Shown: one piece after another, positions 1 through 10,877 of the stretch | Position numbering within the stretch: position 1 is the first letter of the stretch | Layout: each line of letters opens with the position of its first letter | From: Ginkgo biloba | Lineage: Eukaryota; Plantae; Ginkgophyta | Direction of reading: 5' to 3' | NCBI GenBank assembly: GCA_024626585.2 | Contig: JANKJI020000002.1 | Coordinates: forward strand, 11,372,306-11,396,495 | Length of the DNA: 24,190 nt | Position numbers and translations under genes: made by a program | The notes under the pieces: model-generated | Seen by the model: only the letters and a program-made list of their open reading frames with translations | Told to the model about the DNA's origin: nothing | Database searches by the model: none

Positions 1-62
1 CATTCCAATTAGATGTCAAAAATTGGTATCCATCAATATCTTCATTTGAATCCTCTTTGCAG

Positions 63-384
63 GATGCAATCCATTGTGCGGGAAAATAGTCAAGAAATAG
101 AGGTTTTGAATCGTGAAAGAAAGTTCAATCAGGTGAAGCTACTGTACCTGTAATAATTATTTTGGTTTAGCTCCTCAGTTGTGCTTACAAATAAATCGAT
201 TTTCATTATCTACAACATGTTCTCTTGTGTTTTTGCAAGGGCAAGAAGCTGAAGATTTTGTTTTCTCTTCTGGTGTTTTTTCTCTCAGCAAGCTGCAGCA
301 GCAGAGCTTAATTTTTTGGAAGCACAATGGAAGGAACTTTGTGAAAAAAACATAGGGATTGGGTTGTGGTATGTTTTCTTATAG
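63..384 (+). CDS. MOS4: 3' exons of pre-mRNA splicing factor SPF27/BCAS2 homolog (MOS4-like); partial, C-terminus abnormal (possible pseudogene)
   Basis: Exon 63-132 (ttgcag|G ... CAG|gtgaag) and exon from 289 (ctctcag|CAA) splice in frame to MQSIVRENSQEIEVLNRERKFNQ/QAAAAELNFLEAQWKELCEKNIGIGLWYVFL*. This matches my recollection of the plant MOS4 C-terminus (EIEKVNRERKYHQ...ELNALS..W..LC.KN.EI). Homology ends at ~360, stop at 382-384. Upstream exons lie outside the window. Confidence 0.85.
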
Positions 385-876
385 CCTCCCCTCACAATAG
401 AGGAGGGACTTGATCTCTTATGGTTTTTGAATTTATTATTATAAACTCATTCTAGGGAATTTTGATAAAAAAATAATTATTTTCCTTCGATATAAAAAAT
501 CTAAGAAATAGAACTAGAAGTCATATTAAGGATAATGAAATGACTAGTATAAATCCCTCATTTAACTGATCAACTTGGATGAATGAAGAAATCCTTGTAC
601 TATGTTAGATAAATTTAAACTCATTTTCATAAAATCCTTGTTGTATCTAAAGTAAGAAGTCTCATCAAATTTTAAGTTTTTAGATATTGAGGTGTTCATT
701 CCTATTTCTTCTCTAAATACAACAACTATTCCTCAGGGCATGCCATTCCTATATTTTTTGTTTCCTCGTCCTTTTTTAGATCTAGTTCCTTGCCAACTTC
801 TAGCGCTAAGTGTCAAACTATTTTATTTTCAAGTAACCTCACTCTTACTATTCCTATCCAGACTCCTCCACCATTA

Positions 877-1602
877 ATGGCGGTGACTCCATAGCTCACA
901 GTAAGACCTCTCAACGTGGAAGGTAATCTCGATGCTTTGCCTACAGGGGCAAAATACTATTTTCCAAGATTTAAAGGATATGGAGTGGTGACTATAGAAG
1001 AACACTTGGAATATTTCTCAAAGGATTTCACCATACTATAAGTTGCTACAAAATATATTATCGTTTAATTACTTGTGTAAACTCTTGAGGATAAATCATT
1101 ATTGTGGCTTAATTACTTGCCTGCAAACTCTATCACAAATTGGGATGAATTAAAAGATGCTTTTAATGACAAGTATAATACTCTTATTAACAATTATGCA
1201 TTGTTAAGGATTTGACCACAATCTCTAATAAGGAGGAAGAATCTTTCAAAAGATTTTAATTTAGGGTTTGGACATACCATAACCAAGGTCCCAGTTGCTG
1301 TGAGACCCACAAAAGAAATTTATTTTTATTTCTATATTAAGGCTTTGGACCCTTAGATGAGATATATCCTCAAACATAAGGGGTTTGATAATTTAGTTGA
1401 TATGATGGCCATTTTGAGGATAATTGAGAATAACTTCGTTGAGTAAGGTAAAATGGATACAATTTCTTTGACACCAGTTAAGATTGAAAAAAATAGTACA
1501 CCTCCTAGTCCTATGACTCTAGAAACATTGAGACTCTTCTAGAACCTTAGTAACGAGGTGAATTCATTAAGAAGATAAATAGAAAAAAATAAGAAGCCAT
1601 TT
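877..1602 (+). mobile_element. Degenerate Ty3/gypsy LTR-retrotransposon gag (Retrotrans_gag-like)
   Basis: Translation with stops: PLNVEGNLDALPTGAKYYFPRFKGYGVVTIEEHLEYF...LLV*TLEDKSLLWLNYLPANSITNWDELKDAF. This fits the gag signature W...LP..SI..W.EL...F. It runs up to the gap at 1603. Confidence 0.8.
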
Positions 1603-1702
1603 NNNNNNNNNNNNNNNNNNNNNNNNNNNNNNNNNNNNNNNNNNNNNNNNNNNNNNNNNNNNNNNNNNNNNNNNNNNNNNNNNNNNNNNNNNNNNNNNNN
1701 NN

Positions 1703-2169
1703 GTGGACAGCAACTATTACAAAATTTCAGGCAAACTTGAGGTAAGCCGCATAACAGCTCTGCAGCTATATATTCAATGTAAATAATACAATTGTTTTCG
1801 AAAAGGCTAATACATTGTTATATGAAACAGAGTTTGAAGTTGGAATCATGTTTGAATGCAACCACCTGTTTATCACATGAGCCCAAAGTTGTGCAAGTAG
1901 AAAGAGGAGGCAGTGCGAATGTGTTTGTGGATAATGCAGCTTACAGAAGCTTTATCCATTCCAAATTCAACATAAGTGCCATTGACATGGAGAGTGCAGG
2001 TGTAGGGTTGGTGTGTCTCGCACAGGGAGTGCCATTCATATCAATAAGAGCATTGTCTGATCTTGCTGGAGGAGGCTCTTCCGAGAGCAATGAAGCTTCT
2101 CTCTTTGCTGGACTGGCAGCCCAAAATGCAGTCACTGTTGTTATTCAATTCATTCACTTATTACAATAA
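1703..2169 (+). CDS. BSP: Bark storage protein A-like / nucleoside phosphorylase superfamily (PNP_UDP_1, MTA/SAH nucleosidase-like); last two exons only
   Basis: Exon 1703-1741 (VDSNYYKISGKLE), 89-nt intron 1742-1830 (gtaagc...aaacag), exon 1831-2169 (SLKLESCLNATTCLSHEPKVVQVERGGSANVFVDNAAYR...IDMESAGVGLVC...PFISIRALSDLAGG...*). The DMES and IRALSDLAGG motifs are typical of plant BSP/phosphorylase-family proteins. The start of the supplied ORF at 1792 is intronic. Confidence 0.92.
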
Positions 2170-2211
2170 TAACATTTCTCTCAATGTTTCAATCTATCTA
2201 TGTACTCTGAT

Positions 2212-2217
2212 AATAAA
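2212..2217 (+). promoter_or_regulatory. Candidate polyadenylation signal of the BSP-like gene
   Basis: AATAAA about 43 nt after the stop codon. The hexamer is common in AT-rich DNA. Confidence 0.3.
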
Positions 2218-2839
2218 GCATTAAATGCTTCACTTTCTTCGACTACGATGCATGCTCTACTCAATGTCAAATGCAAAGCCCTTTAACTATAGATAGATCA
2301 GGATGTTAATAAACTATTGTTCAACACTTGAGTTACTTCTCCAGGTTACTCGCACAAGTGTTGCTATTAACTATTGTTGATTGCGGGGAAACGTGTTTTC
2401 CAATGTTCCATCCAATCACATTTTTGGACGCAAGTTGAATTTTATTTTGGAATTATCAATTTGGGCAGCTATGACTATTCACGTTGATACTTTCCCCAAA
2501 ATGGTGGGACTCTTCTTCTTCCCTCGGTGGACCATCGAGCGGAATATGTAGATTTTTTTTTTCGTAGAACAAAAGTCGAAATAGGAGACCACACTCCAAA
2601 CACAATTTTCTTCACATTAACACGAGAGGAGGAATAGACGTCTTTGGCATTAGTGCCTCGGAACACTCGGTGCACACAAAACAAATCACAGTAAAATTTT
2701 TTCGAGGTTATTCCGCCTACTCTTTTTGTTTCCTTGGTTTTTTTTAATGTAGTGTATAATCAATTGATTAATATCCTTCAAATAAAAAATGCCGCATTTG
2801 ATTTATCGGAACATTATGTTGTAATTCTTTCATAGCATC

Positions 2840-4630
2840 ATAAGGTTTTTCAAGATCCCCCAAAAAGTTTGTTGCTTATTATAGAAATTAAATCAAAGAA
2901 GATCATAATAATGGTCAAACTACATTGGTATAGTCATAATAAATGAATGGAGATAGAGACACTAGTAAAGGAACTCCTAGATATCATTGTCATAATGCAT
3001 AGCAAAAGCTCGTATGCAACTCCCATTGTAGTAACAAGGAGAAGAGAATGATCATTTTGCCTTTTTATAAGAGTATCATATGTTAAAAAAATTCACTATT
3101 AAGATTATGTTCTTTATGCTTATAATTGACATCATGGTGCAAAATATTTCTCTAAGATTGATGTATGATCACATTACTATAAATTGAAGATGGACATAAG
3201 ACGACCTTTTAAAATCACTAAGGAAATTCTATATCATATCATTAAGTCTATACAATGCACCAAGAACATTCCAAGTAATAAAGAATTGCATTTACATTAA
3301 TGTACTTTAAAAATATATCTTTATTTTTTTCAATGATATTTTAGTCTTAGCACAAATTAGGATGAGCACATCAATCACCTAGACAAGGCATTATATATAC
3401 TTGAGAAATAATACCTATACATAGAGGAATTTAATGTCCTTTTAGGAAACAAAGCCTAGAGTATTCAATCCATATTATCACAAAGGACATCGTAATAGTG
3501 GATCTTATAAAAATTAAGGTTATCATCGATTGGATGGAACCCAAAATAGTAACTAAGTTAAGGCGATTCTTAGGGATGATTGGTTTCTACATAAAATTCA
3601 TATACCAATACTCACATATTAGAGCATAACTAATAGATCTAACTAAAAGGGAGTCCTTCAAGGGGAGTAGTTTAGCACCCCAAGTATTTTAGGACTTGAA
3701 AATAACCATGACAACTACATGGTGCTAATGACATAAGATCTTACCAAGCCATTCACACTTGGATATGATGTTTTACAAGTAGGAACAAAAGTAATAAAAG
3801 GTATAAAATAGGGTAATCTAATTACATTCAAAAGTAGAAAGATTAATGAACATGAAAGAAGATTGCTAACGTACATTAAAGAAATGTTAGCAATTATAGA
3901 TGCACTAGCAAAATGACAATAGTATCTCATTAGTAGTAAGTTTAAGGTTAAGATTGACCACAGCATTTTGAAATATCTCCTTTAATAATAATTACTCGAG
4001 GAAGAGTAAATGAAATGTATGGATACATTTCAAGCTTTAACTTTGACATATTATAGAAGGAGGTTAAAGTTTGTGTGTTTAGAGATGCACTATCAAGGAA
4101 GCATGATGATGCCTCAATCAAAACCATATCAATAATTAAACTTGACTAGATAGATGAAGTACAATAAGAATATGCAAATGATCTCAACATAGTAAAGTCG
4201 ATTAATGGTATCAACAATGATAATAAAGGTTACAATTGGCTGTCAAGAAATGGAACCATTTTATACGAAAATTACATCTATTTAAAGAGAGGGTTACTAT
4301 TCATCAATGAAATACTTTTGATAATGTTATTGTACACCATCAATTGGGCATATCATATTCAAGAAAATATATCACGAACATACCATAGTCTAAAAAAATA
4401 TATTACATTTGCAAAAGATGAATCTGTTGATATCATAATGTTCATAGTAGAGTTAATGCATATGGGAGACAACTATAAAAAAAAATGGGGCATCCCTAAC
4501 TATGCTACACCCTTTAAGCATTATAAATCAAATGTAGGAAGGAATTTCAATGGATTTTATTATAGTTTTATAATAATTATAAGGAAAGAATGTTACAACT
4601 GACTAACCAAATATCCACACTTTATGCATA
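2840..4630 (+). mobile_element. Degenerate Ty3/gypsy pol (RT - RNase H - integrase start)
   Basis: Frameshifted fragments in gypsy domain order: EIETLVKELLD..SKSSYATPIV (RT start); FFNDILV (~3326-3346, decayed FxDD); DLTKPFTL, ITFKSRK, YIKEMLAIIDALAK, SKFKVKIDHSILKYL (RNase H); DALSRK; EISMDFI (~4543-4562) and TKYAHF-like KYPHF (integrase). Many stop codons. Confidence 0.9.
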
Positions 4631-4690
4631 TATGTGCAACATAAAATTTGCCTTATATAGCCAAAAAATTAATGTGAGAAGTGATTTACA

Positions 4691-4779
4691 CAAATGTATT
4701 ATTTACATTGAATATATAGCAGAGGTAGTATGCGGCTTACCTCAAGTTTGCCCGAAATTTTGTAATAGTTGCTGTCCAT
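4691..4779 (-). pseudogene. Inverted second copy of the BSP-like penultimate exon plus ~50 nt of its intron; truncated
   Basis: The reverse complement atggacagcaactattacaaaatttcgggcaaacttgag|gtaagccgcata... matches 1703-1741 at 37/39 nt and continues into the intron (ctatatattcaatgtaaataataca). It then switches to unrelated sequence; no copy of the last exon follows. Confidence 0.9.
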
Positions 4780-4879
4780 NNNNNNNNNNNNNNNNNNNNN
4801 NNNNNNNNNNNNNNNNNNNNNNNNNNNNNNNNNNNNNNNNNNNNNNNNNNNNNNNNNNNNNNNNNNNNNNNNNNNNNNN

Positions 4880-5401
4880 CCACATATTTTAATCAACAAG
4901 GCAATGACATGTTAATACTCCCTTTCTAATTTTCCTGTGTTATAGGAAATCTTACTAGTTAGATGTGAAACTGGTGCTTTCCTCCATGAATTTATCAATT
5001 CTGAGATCTTTGGATATTCTTGATAGAAATTATTCATTTTTTTAAAAGAGAAGAATTCTTCAAGTTTTGGGAGGTACAATATTCTTTGGAATATTGTGGC
5101 ATTCAGATAACATAATACTTCACCTGAGGCTAAAACTATAAATTTTCTTTTGGCATAAAATCTCTAAGCCACCCATTCAATCAACTGTTTGCAAGGAAGA
5201 ACCTCAAGAAATGTTGAAACTTAAACCATATCAGACTTCCATAATGGGTCTTATTTCTTTCTTTCTTCAGGTATATACATGAATTCTTTAAAAAGAAGTC
5301 TAAAACCCACTTGACAGGATAATTAGGGTGTTTGTGTTTTCCACCACTGATGCTACTTTAGAATCCTAAACTCTTGATCTTCCTACACCTCTTTTGGCCA
5401 T
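4880..5401 (-). mobile_element. Decayed N-terminal part of an uncharacterised retroelement-associated ORF (copy A)
   Basis: ATG at 5401. Fragments VLPCKQLIEWVA*RFYAKRKFIVLASGEVLCYLNATIFQRILYLP and SYNTGKLEREY*HVIALLIKICG align by eye with the ORF at 11420-13780. Confidence 0.6.
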
Positions 5402-6304
5402 GATGTGTAACTTGAGATCAAGTAATACTCAATATATTCAAAAAAATGAATCTTTTCTTTTGCCTCTCTTGTTCACCTTCAATTTGTGAATTACTTTACA
5501 ATAAATGATCAACTTTGTAAAAGAAAAATCTTTTTAAAGTCGGCCAATTAATTGGCCACTATATTTTCATTCGTGGGACACTAGTTCATCACCTTGGGAA
5601 TTAACTCCATGTCATTCTAATTACTTCACTTAAATTATAAGTTGATTCTCCTACCTAACATGGTGAATTATGTTGGGTGATGATTGGTTGGGATGACTAT
5701 CAATCTCATGCCACCACATGTCTTAATTTAAAATTTATGGGACCGATCCCCATTCACCTTATTACACTTCAAACATTAAGAGGAATGACCATATTAAGAT
5801 GAGAAAAACCTTTCATCATAACCCAGGATCCCAATCTTTAATCAACTCCTACCTATTTCTTTTCGAGTCCAAAGAACTTAGGGAAAGAGAATTTTCCTCT
5901 TGGAACACAAGATCCATCCTCCAAACTCTATCTTCTTGGAAAAGTGAATCCAAATATGTATCACATANNNNNNNNNNNNNNNNNNNNNNNNNNNNNNNNN
6001 NNNNNNNNNNNNNNNNNNNNNNNNNNNNNNNNNNNNNNNNNNNNNNNNNNNNNNNNNNNNNNNNNNNTACAATGTCATCTAGTCAGAAAAATTATGTTTC
6101 CCAGTTGTCTAATCAATGGATACCTTATTTTAGGTATTCTATATGACAAGGATAAGGCCATACCTCATTCAATATATATGTATTCCACATCACTAAGTGG
6201 CAGACAACTTGATCGAGATATTTTATATTTTAATTTAGAAATGTACACTAGCCTAATTGAGGCCATGCTCATAGGTTTGGAGTTAATATATATATTGATT
6301 GTTC

Positions 6305-6590
6305 TATGAAATTCCTTGATGGAGCTTAGGTATGTAAGTCTAGGATATCTTGACCGTGCTATGAGAATACTCTAGGGAGCTTAAGTTCGTAAGTCTATAT
6401 AGCTTGATCATGTTATGAATGTCCTCGATAGAGCTTTAGTTTGTGATTCCAATATAGATCAATTAAGCATCGATTCATACCCCACATATAGCTCAATCAT
6501 GGTATGTATAATATCTCAATCAAGTTTAATGATTGAGGTTTGGATCCCGTACATAGCTCAATTGAGGTATGTACAATACCTCGATCAAGG
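6305..6590. repeat. Degenerate tandem repeats (~55-bp unit x ~3, then ~67-bp unit x2)
   Basis: Recurring ga-gcttaggtatgtaagtcta / ga-gcttaagttcgtaagtcta / ga-gctttagtttgtga, then atagctcaatcatggtatgtataatatctcaatcaag / atagctcaattgaggtatgtacaatacctcgatcaag. Confidence 0.6.
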
Positions 6591-6659
6591 TGGTTTTACC
6601 AAAATTATGACGCGTAAGATTTTCCAAAAATGCTGCCAGGTGATCTTATGACTGCCCGA

Positions 6660-7107
6660 CTAAGGTTTCATAAAAAGGCTCGCCTTGCTGAGGAACCAAG
6701 GCCCCCCTTCAAAAACCTTTTTCCTGTCTCTTATGGGAAAAAAACTACAATAAACAAATCCCTTGTACAAAAGATAAGTTCAAAATGAGATGACAATTTC
6801 TAGTTTTTCTTAGTCCATTCTCTGAAATTCTTCTCTAATGACTAGAGACCCATAAACTTGCAAATAGGGAGGACTCTTTAAGGCCAGCCACCTCCTTAGA
6901 AACTTTGGACAGAGAGAATTCAACTTTTGGGTAACCCAAAGACTTCTCAAAACAACCATTAAGCGTCAGGCGTAACACCTTTCTCGATTTCATAACTTGA
7001 TTGACAAAGTCCTTTGGAACAAAATCTGACAAGGGGGCCATGGGGCTAGTCAACTTGTGCTTGAAGGAAGGTGGGGGAGGATTGGTCCTTCCCCCTGAAG
7101 AGGCCAT
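6660..7107 (-). mobile_element. L1-type LINE ORF1 N-terminus (DUF4283), degenerate
   Basis: ATG at 7107 (MASSGG...PPPSFK), then with frameshifts ICKFMGL*SLEKNFREWTKKN*K...FELIFCTRDLFIVVFF...DRKKVFEGGPWFLSKASLFMKP*. This is the DUF4283 pattern ending in GPW.F....L.MKPW. Confidence 0.85.
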
Positions 7108-8493
7108 GAAATGGTGTACACAAGAGACAAACTTGTGCTACTTGCAAACAAGAGCAAAACCCTAGTAAACAAAACTCGAAATAAAGGATTTTTCTTACAT
7201 TGTAGGATTTTACATTATTTATTTGTTGGACAAAGGAATGACAGATTCACTTCTCTCATGTCTNNNNNNNNNNNNNNNNNNNNNNNNNNNNNNNNNNNNN
7301 NNNNNNNNNNNNNNNNNNNNNNNNNNNNNNNNNNNNNNNNNNNNNNNNNNNNNNNNNNNNNNNCCCCCCAATAAATTATTTATTTCACTACGAATGTAAA
7401 TAAGCAGTGAGCAAGGTTGTAACTAACTTATTTCTAATAAAAAGTCTCCCAAAGGCATAGGGAGATGAAATAAATTTATAAAAATAGATTAAAAGAGATT
7501 CCTTCCCTTTCATCAAATGAAGGATCAAAAGTATCAAAATATTATTTAATCTTTTAGTAGTATGCCAAGTATTGGAGGCACATGAAAGGAAAGAGAAAAA
7601 GAAAATGGGAAATGAAAAACATTCCTTGTTTCTCCTTACCTATCTACATAGACTAAAGATTGAGATTATACTCATAAATTTTTTCTTAGATGACATTAGT
7701 CTTATGCAAATCCTCTCTTCACAACAAGCTTATCCTAGCATGTCACATGAAAACTCATCAAAGAAGATTGATTATAGATGCATTTATTACAATAAAAGAT
7801 AATATGTTGTTGATAAAGGAATGAATTTTGATGCTTCTTTCAACCAATGATTTTATCTTCAACAAATAATAAAATTCCAAATAATTATAAATGGAGTTGA
7901 TATATTTCATGAAACATAATTTATCTTTGATCTATGAGAATGTCATGTGATGGGATCAATTCAACTTACAAGATGCATTGATTATGTGCTTATGATTAGG
8001 AATAAAATAAGAAATTGTATCACTTATAATAATTCTTTCTCTCTTTCCATATCTTCTCAAGGAACATACATGTATGATTTGGTACATATGCCTTGGGATA
8101 AAAATCCTATCTTATCTCTGATATGTAATATTGAAAAGTAATTGATTGAAAATTTTGGTTGCGTTAGAAGCTCCATGAAACTTACAACTTTCTATAAAAG
8201 GAATAGACCTAGGACAAGAATAACATAGGAGTTAATTTAGTATTCAATAATGGATATAGGATAGAAAAATTATGTGGGAATTATAATTTTGGGGAATGGT
8301 GGATTGGGTGGGGATTGCGTAACGGTGGTAGGATGTGGAAGATTAAGAGAAATATTGCTTCTTTCTTTACAATTTGTTGTAATCAATTATGTCNNNNNNN
8401 NNNNNNNNNNNNNNNNNNNNNNNNNNNNNNNNNNNNNNNNNNNNNNNNNNNNNNNNNNNNNNNNNNNNNNNNNNNNNNNNNNNNNNNNNNNNN

Positions 8494-9758
8494 TACTACA
8501 CAAGGATAGATCAAGAGTAGAGATACAACATATTTTAAGTTTAGATCAATCCTCCAAGTAACTAGCAGTAGATATGAGAAATACTCTTGCTAAAAATCAA
8601 AACTAGAAACCTAAAAAACTACACTAATGCAAAAATATTTTTCATTCAACTAAAGAATAAAAATTATAAAAATAAAGGAGAATCACCTAAATAAATAGTG
8701 CAACTTCCTTGGTGACTTAATTCACTTAACTCACACTCTAATTATGCAACTACATTCAAATTCTATTTCTAAGATTCCCTTTCTTAGAATAGATTGTCCA
8801 ACTCATGCAAGAATGACTCTAATTATGGAACTAATTGCAAATTCTATTTATGAGATTCCCCTCTCTAAGAATAGGCTTTCCAACTCATACAAGAGTGGCT
8901 CTAATTATGCAACTATATGCAAAATCTATTTCTCAGATTCCCTCTCCAAGAATGGATTGTCCAACTCATGCAAGAGTGGATCTAAATATGCAACTACATG
9001 TAAACTCTCAATTAACTAAATGAAGGTCTATCCAAAGAATACTAAAAATAAATTTATTCCAAAAAATAAAAATCTTCTCTAATGAGTGGAGAACACATGA
9101 TTTTAGAAAAATTGTTTGAATAGTAATTGTATTGCACCTTGTTCGAATCTTTTTACTATGTTAAAGAAAAAAAACTTTCTATTTATTAAATTAAAAATCT
9201 TTACAAAGTTGTAATTCCCTAACTGTGATTCACCTAATCCCTTAGGAATCACCCTAGAAAGTAAAGTTTCCTAATATTTGCCTTAGTATTTATTGGATGG
9301 GGTCCTATAAGGAGCATAAAAGACACCTAGCAATCATTTCTCCCACATGCATTTATCTCTAGTTGGATGAAATATGAGTAAGCTTTATATTTTCTGATGT
9401 GATATGCAATCATGAAGGAAAATAAATAAATTGATGTAAATACCCCCCACCTACTAATTAATTAAGAAACAAGAAAAAAGATCCTCCCAATGTGAGGAAG
9501 ATCCCCTTTAGAATAATAGATGCTTATACCAATAATTAAAAGGTGCCCGACTTGGGTTAGAGGGGATTCACATCCCACTTGAATTGAATTGGTGGTAGAG
9601 ATCCATGCTATGAGATATAGCCAGAGGTTTGAAAGGACCTAATTTTATTTAAGATCTGATTTAGATTAAAAATTAGATTTGATCTCTAAGGGTTGGAAAG
9701 AGATTGATGTCCCATAACTGCTATATGAAGATAGGGTTAAATGATTTCGATGATTGCC
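8494..9758. mobile_element. Probable LTR fragments (putative termini near 9309 and 9435)
   Basis: ggggtcctaTA ending at 9309 and TGtaaataccccc starting at 9435 resemble gypsy LTR ends (TGTA..CCC / GGG..TACA). Non-coding, with internal tandem repeats. No paired LTR or TSD was found. Confidence 0.35.
8735..9008. repeat. Tandem repeat, 81-82 bp unit x ~3.4, probably within an LTR
   Basis: Units start at 8735, 8816, 8898 and 8979. Consensus is about actctaattatgcaacta.atgcaaattctatttct.agattccct.tc..agaatagattgtccaactcatgcaagagtg. Confidence 0.92.
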
Positions 9759-10270
9759 NNNNNNNNNNNNNNNNNNNNNNNNNNNNNNNNNNNNNNNNNN
9801 NNNNNNNNNNNNNNNNNNNNNNNNNNNNNNNNNNNNNNNNNNNNNNNNNNNNNNNNNNTATCACACTAGTACAATTCAAGACAAAAAATATATCTTTAGC
9901 AATACAGATAGAATGCGACCAACTCACCATCCTATTAACTCAAACAATAATACTCATTATACATAAAAAATCCCTTGCAAGTTTAAAATGAATATTAGTA
10001 GATATTGATATCATAAGATGTTAAATCATATTGGTATGCAATATGAAAATTATCTTCAATCTAAGAGAAATAGTATTCAAATATACTATCTATTAGCAAG
10101 AATCATAACATTATTAATGCACATAACATCTAATGAATTACTAGAGGAAGCCTCCCTTGTCACTATATTATGTGATGTACAACAAGATGTATAACATTAT
10201 AACATCAAAATGCTGACAAGATGTACAAATTCTTATTGAATGTGCCTAGTCATATTTATTTTGATAATGC

Positions 10271-10877
10271 TTCGAGGATGAAGAACTTTGAGAAGGAAGG
10301 GAAAGTTATGATCCTAATTAATATTAATTACTATTTAATTAGTATTATAACCTTTATTAGCATTAATTATTGATTAGTGATAATTAGTAGTTAGATAATA
10401 CTATTTGAAGGGTCTCATGACTAAAATACATGATCAAAGGTGCCTTATGATAAGCACCCATTGACCTTTTCTAACCTATATGTAGATTAGTCAATCCATA
10501 TTATAATATCTTATCATTNNNNNNNNNNNNNNNNNNTTATTTCTTTCTACTTCCTCTTCTTCTAAGAAGATATTTCTACCTTGGGAAGTAGGTGATCCTA
10601 ATTTAGAGTTATATTGTAGGTAGTAAGTACCCCACATCCATTCTTCTCTATTTGGGTAGTAGGTACCCCAGAATCTTCTAGTTTTAACTACTTCGTGATT
10701 ATCATGACATTATCACTATGATTGGATATTTATGATTATATTAATATTTTGAATATTTATGCTTGCATTATAACTTGATATTATTATTAGTGTATTATAT
10801 ATATTATTTATTTTTCAGTGAATTATTAATTTCTATAAATTATTTAGTACTTTTTTATTTAGCACCCTATATAAACA
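10271..10877 (+). mobile_element. Polypurine tract plus 3' LTR of a gypsy-type element
   Basis: ttcgaggatgaagaacttt-gagaaggaagggaaag (PPT 10290-10305) followed by ttatgatcc. This resembles the gypsy CTTGAGGACAAG...GGGG-TGTTATG junction. Non-coding sequence ends in ...taaaCA at 10877 where RT homology begins. Confidence 0.55.

Noticed and set aside
1941-2135. Antisense ORF over the BSP exon (also 20280-20480 and 20461-20841 over AHP)
   Set aside because: Shadow ORFs of real genes with no independent evidence.
7364-8393. Coding potential in this piece (also 21057-22220 and 23462-24190)
   Set aside because: AT-rich, probably repeat-derived, with no recognisable domain or boundary that I could support.
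8735-9008. CRISPR-like array or repeat protein
   Set aside because: Units are contiguous and diverged with no unique spacers. The 82-bp unit breaks the frame, and the context is eukaryotic.
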